From NCBI RefSeq assembly GCF_964204645.1, contig NC_134027.1, positions 11,068,485 to 11,132,484 on the forward strand: DNA of 64,000 bases, in the 5' to 3' direction. The first letter of the stretch is position 1, and every line of letters begins with the position of its first letter. Under the pieces are notes generated by a model. That model ran no database searches, was not told the DNA's origin, and saw nothing but the letters and a program-made list of their open reading frames with translations. Of this stretch, positions 61,133 through 64,000 are shown piece by piece. The DNA is from Tubulanus polymorphus (taxonomy: Eukaryota > Animalia > Nemertea). Position numbers and translations under genes: made by a program.

Positions 61133-63031
61133 TCAGTAATTCAAACTGTAGTCATCGTCGGCGATATATCGACAATGCAACGCTTGCAAATGTTTGCAAC
61201 CCATTTCAACAGACTCTAACGCCTTCTGAGTAACGTACGAGCAATAAGAAACATCTAGATGGCGCAAGTGTCGGCAATATTTCGCAATTTCTTCGACGCA
61301 ATGATCGGTTATTTTGACCAAATTCGAAATGTCGAGTTCGACGATTCGGCGACAGTTATGGATCAGGAATAGCACGCCGTCATTCGTAATTTCTACGCAG
61401 TTACTAATCAGAATTTTCTCTAATCGCCGATTATTCGAAGCTAATGAAACCAGACTATCGTCCGTTATACGTTTACACATGCTTAGATCGACGTATTTTA
61501 GATCGCTAAATTTCATGGCTTGCGTTACGCCGATGTCGGAAATATTCGGCAAACTTTTCATTTTCAACGTTTCCATATTGACTAGATTCGCCAGAGTATA
61601 AATCTTATCGGTTTGCGTTCGGTCGGTTTTCAATTTCTCCACCGCCTCGTAACTCGAAATCGTAATCGAACTGATAGGCAACGGTTTTCGGAACATCGTC
61701 GACATATTGTGATCGCGTACGCAGCGACAACCGGTGTGATCGTCTTGATCCTTCGGGCAGTCCGAACCTTCCGCCAGTCCGAGCAAACCGAGATCGGTAA
61801 CCTTCTTACACCAAGATATGTCGAGATAACGTAAATCGACGAGATGTTCGGAAATCGCGTGCAAACTGCTATCGCTGATATTACTACAGGAATTTACGTC
61901 CAAGTATCGAATTTTACCCAAATTTGTACAGATGGAATGAACGGCCTTATCCGTTACGACAGCCGAAGCTCCTATACATAATCGCGTAAGATTCGACAAA
62001 GCCGGCGAACTCAAAACCTTTTCGATCGCGCCAGACGTGAACGTCGTCGACGCGATATCGAGATCTCGCAACGACGAAATTTTGGCGATACTTTCGATTC
62101 CGTGCGAAATATACTGACACTGTCGTATGTCAAGCGTGCGCAAGTCGCGCAGGTATCGGGCGATCGTTTGAATAACGGTATTACCGATACCCGTACACCT
62201 GCTTATGTCGAGAGTCGTTAATTCGGTTTGATTTTTGCAAACGTCGAAAACGGAATTTTCGGATATTTCCCGACAACAATGCAGTTTCAGCGATTTCAGT
62301 TTCAACCCGTCGCACTTGGCGATGCTCGAAAGAGCGTCGTCGTTGACGTTGGTTTTGCTTAAATCGAGCGACGTAAGGCGTTTACTTTGGCTTCGCACGA
62401 ACTGTAAAATGTTCGCGAACGAGAACTGCGTATTGTCGGCGCAGACGCGCGAATCATTGTACGAATTAGTCGTACGGAACGTAACGTGACACGACGAAAG
62501 ATTCAAACTTTCTAAATTCGGCACGACGGTCACCAAACGGTTGAACGTCGCGTCCGTGATATGTCGTAACGAACTTAGATTCAGCTCACGTAGCTTTTGT
62601 AACGAAGATCTCAACGCTTGTAAGTCGGCGTTGCGCTCGAGAACGTTTCCGCTCATGAACAATGTGTTACAACCGTTGAGATCGAGGCTTTCTAAATTGT
62701 AACAGCGCGATAGAAAAGACACGAAAGTTCGCTCGGTTATGTCCGTGCCTTCGAACGATAAATGCCGAAGAAACGGACTCAGTTCTCGACACGATTTTAG
62801 TAGAATCGTCGTCGAATGCGAAGAATTGTCGATTTGATGAAAACTCAAGTTCGGGATTCGTCGTCTGCCGATCGATTCGATCAGTTCGAGATCGGTCGCT
62901 GCGACATGGAACGTTACGTGGCGATTTTTCTGCAAGATCGGATCGAGGGAAGCTTCATACCAGCTTCGATTGACGAGAGAGGCTTCTAAACAATCATTGA
63001 CCGACAGATATCTCATTATGTGCGTCACAAC
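61133..63031 (-). CDS. LRRC29: F-box/leucine-rich repeat protein, LRRC29/FBXL9-like; large terminal exon (633 codons), first exon not found
   Basis: 1899-nt open exon after an AG acceptor at 63032-63033; starts within the F-box (VVTHIMRYLSVNDCLEASLVNRSWYEAS); many cysteine-containing LRRs (LDISWCKKVTD, LDVSYCSYVT); LFMSG and LRHITDATFNRL segments resemble LRRC29 as I recall it. Confidence 0.78.
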   Translation of the reverse strand, partial: VVTHIMRYLSVNDCLEASLVNRSWYEASLDPILQKNRHVTFHVAATDLELIESIGRRRIPNLSFHQIDNSSHSTTILLKSCRELSPFLRHLSFEGTDITERTFVSFLSRCYNLESLDLNGCNTLFMSGNVLERNADLQALRSSLQKLRELNLSSLRHITDATFNRLVTVVPNLESLNLSSCHVTFRTTNSYNDSRVCADNTQFSFANILQFVRSQSKRLTSLDLSKTNVNDDALSSIAKCDGLKLKSLKLHCCREISENSVFDVCKNQTELTTLDISRCTGIGNTVIQTIARYLRDLRTLDIRQCQYISHGIESIAKISSLRDLDIASTTFTSGAIEKVLSSPALSNLTRLCIGASAVVTDKAVHSICTNLGKIRYLDVNSCSNISDSSLHAISEHLVDLRYLDISWCKKVTDLGLLGLAEGSDCPKDQDDHTGCRCVRDHNMSTMFRKPLPISSITISSYEAVEKLKTDRTQTDKIYTLANLVNMETLKMKSLPNISDIGVTQAMKFSDLKYVDLSMCKRITDDSLVSLASNNRRLEKILISNCVEITNDGVLFLIHNCRRIVELDISNLVKITDHCVEEIAKYCRHLRHLDVSYCSYVTQKALESVEMGCKHLQALHCRYIADDDYSLNY

Positions 63032-63277
63032 CTGTAAAATAATTAATGACGCGATAAGATTACGGGGCTCCGCAATGTACTCGGTTTATAGATTTGTTTA
63101 GACATCTAATTTATGCGCACTGACAGGATAAATAATCTTCACACATGATATCAAGGTTCATAGTGTCTTATCTCATTTAATGACTTTCAAGGACTGATTT
63201 TTTACTCCGATTCTGTGACATAAATGTCATGCTTAAGCCAACGAGATGAGTTTGTAGGTTGTTGATTATAACATTTG

Positions 63278-63326
63278 ATACACAAGCTTTCGCTACTTAT
63301 GTTTTATTGTAGCTTCATCAGGTGAT
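63278..63326 (-). ncRNA. Minimal hammerhead ribozyme motif (Penelope-type) in the LRRC29 intron
   Basis: Minus strand AUCAC-CUGAUGA-A-GCUAC(AAUAAAACAUAA)GUAGC-GAAAG-CUU-GUGUAU; degenerate inverted partner at 63343-63378. Confidence 0.6.
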
Positions 63327-63593
63327 TCACGCATTCATTCAACTGATGAAGCTACTACATAGGCCTAATACTACGAAATAATTAACCTATGTAATAAGTA
63401 CTACTTGTCTCATATTTATTCTACACCCGGTTACCACGGCCCCTCTACAAATGCTTAGGCGAAGCCAGGAATCCCAAAATCTACATTTTCCAGGCATTCT
63501 TATAATCAGTATATTATATAGGCTGTAACATAGTGAATTTGTATTTTTGACCTGCAGATGATAACTAATGAATGATACCATTCGTGGACCATG

Positions 63594-63799
63594 ACAATGA
63601 TTTAAGGAATTTAGAGCCCATTCCCATTTCAAACTTTGAACCCTAATTTTGCTTCGGACCGTGCAGGTCACGCCATACTAGTCATGGCAATATCTACAAT
63701 GATTTAAGGAATTTAGAGCCCATTCCCATTTCAAACTTTGAACCCTAATTTTGCTTCGGACCGTGCAGGTCACGCCATACTAGTCATGGCAATATCTAC
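63594..63799 (+). repeat. Exact tandem duplication, 102-bp unit x2
   Basis: ACAATGATTTAAGGAATTTAGAGCCC...GTCATGGCAATATCT starts at 63594 and 63696. Confidence 0.95.
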
Positions 63800-64000
63800 T
63801 AACTGAACTGAAAAGGTGTTTTTAAGAAATTGAATGTGATTCTGTTTAGCTAAATTCGATTGTCAGTAACAGAAAATGATTATCAAATTGAAATGTTTTT
63901 CGTAAATGATTCAAATCAATTTAAGGTCACAAAAGCCTAAAGACCCGGCGTCATGGGACCCGGTACAAACTAGAACGGACTTTGCTGCCACCTATAGACA

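Noticed and set aside
61314-62489. Plus-strand ORFs antisense to the F-box/LRR exon
   Set aside because: Expected by-product of a long coding exon; no independent protein motifs

Overview
AT-rich, intron-containing genomic DNA from an animal, most likely an invertebrate bilaterian; the species cannot be determined from the sequence. I assembled six protein-coding genes by hand from GT-AG exons, and all keep phase: alanine aminotransferase GPT/ALT (+, 12 coding exons), TSNAXIP1 (-, 14 exons), RANBP9/10 (+, 11 exons), UBE2C (-, 5 exons), MCUR1/CCDC90 (+, 7 exons) and an LRRC29/FBXL9-like F-box/LRR gene (-, one 1.9-kb exon, first exon not found in the window). TSNAXIP1/RANBP9-10 and UBE2C/MCUR1 are head-to-head pairs. 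Three intron-containing tRNA-Tyr(GUA) genes lie between RANBP9/10 and UBE2C. Introns and spacers hold many non-autonomous DNA transposons with readable TIRs and TSDs (piggyBac-, Harbinger-, MULE-, hAT-, P- and Helentron-like) plus LINE remnants. The most notable observations are: head-to-head palindromes carrying minimal hammerhead-ribozyme motifs (Penelope-like), one perfect and TSD-flanked between two convergent 3' ends; a possible splice-created start codon adding a mitochondrial presequence to ALT; gene linkage resembling human 16q22/6p23; a MITE whose TIRs look like outward-facing Pol III A/B boxes; and an excess of TAGGCCTA. No prokaryotic-type system (CRISPR, operon, phage) is present. 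Family and orthology calls come from recalled motifs, not database searches.
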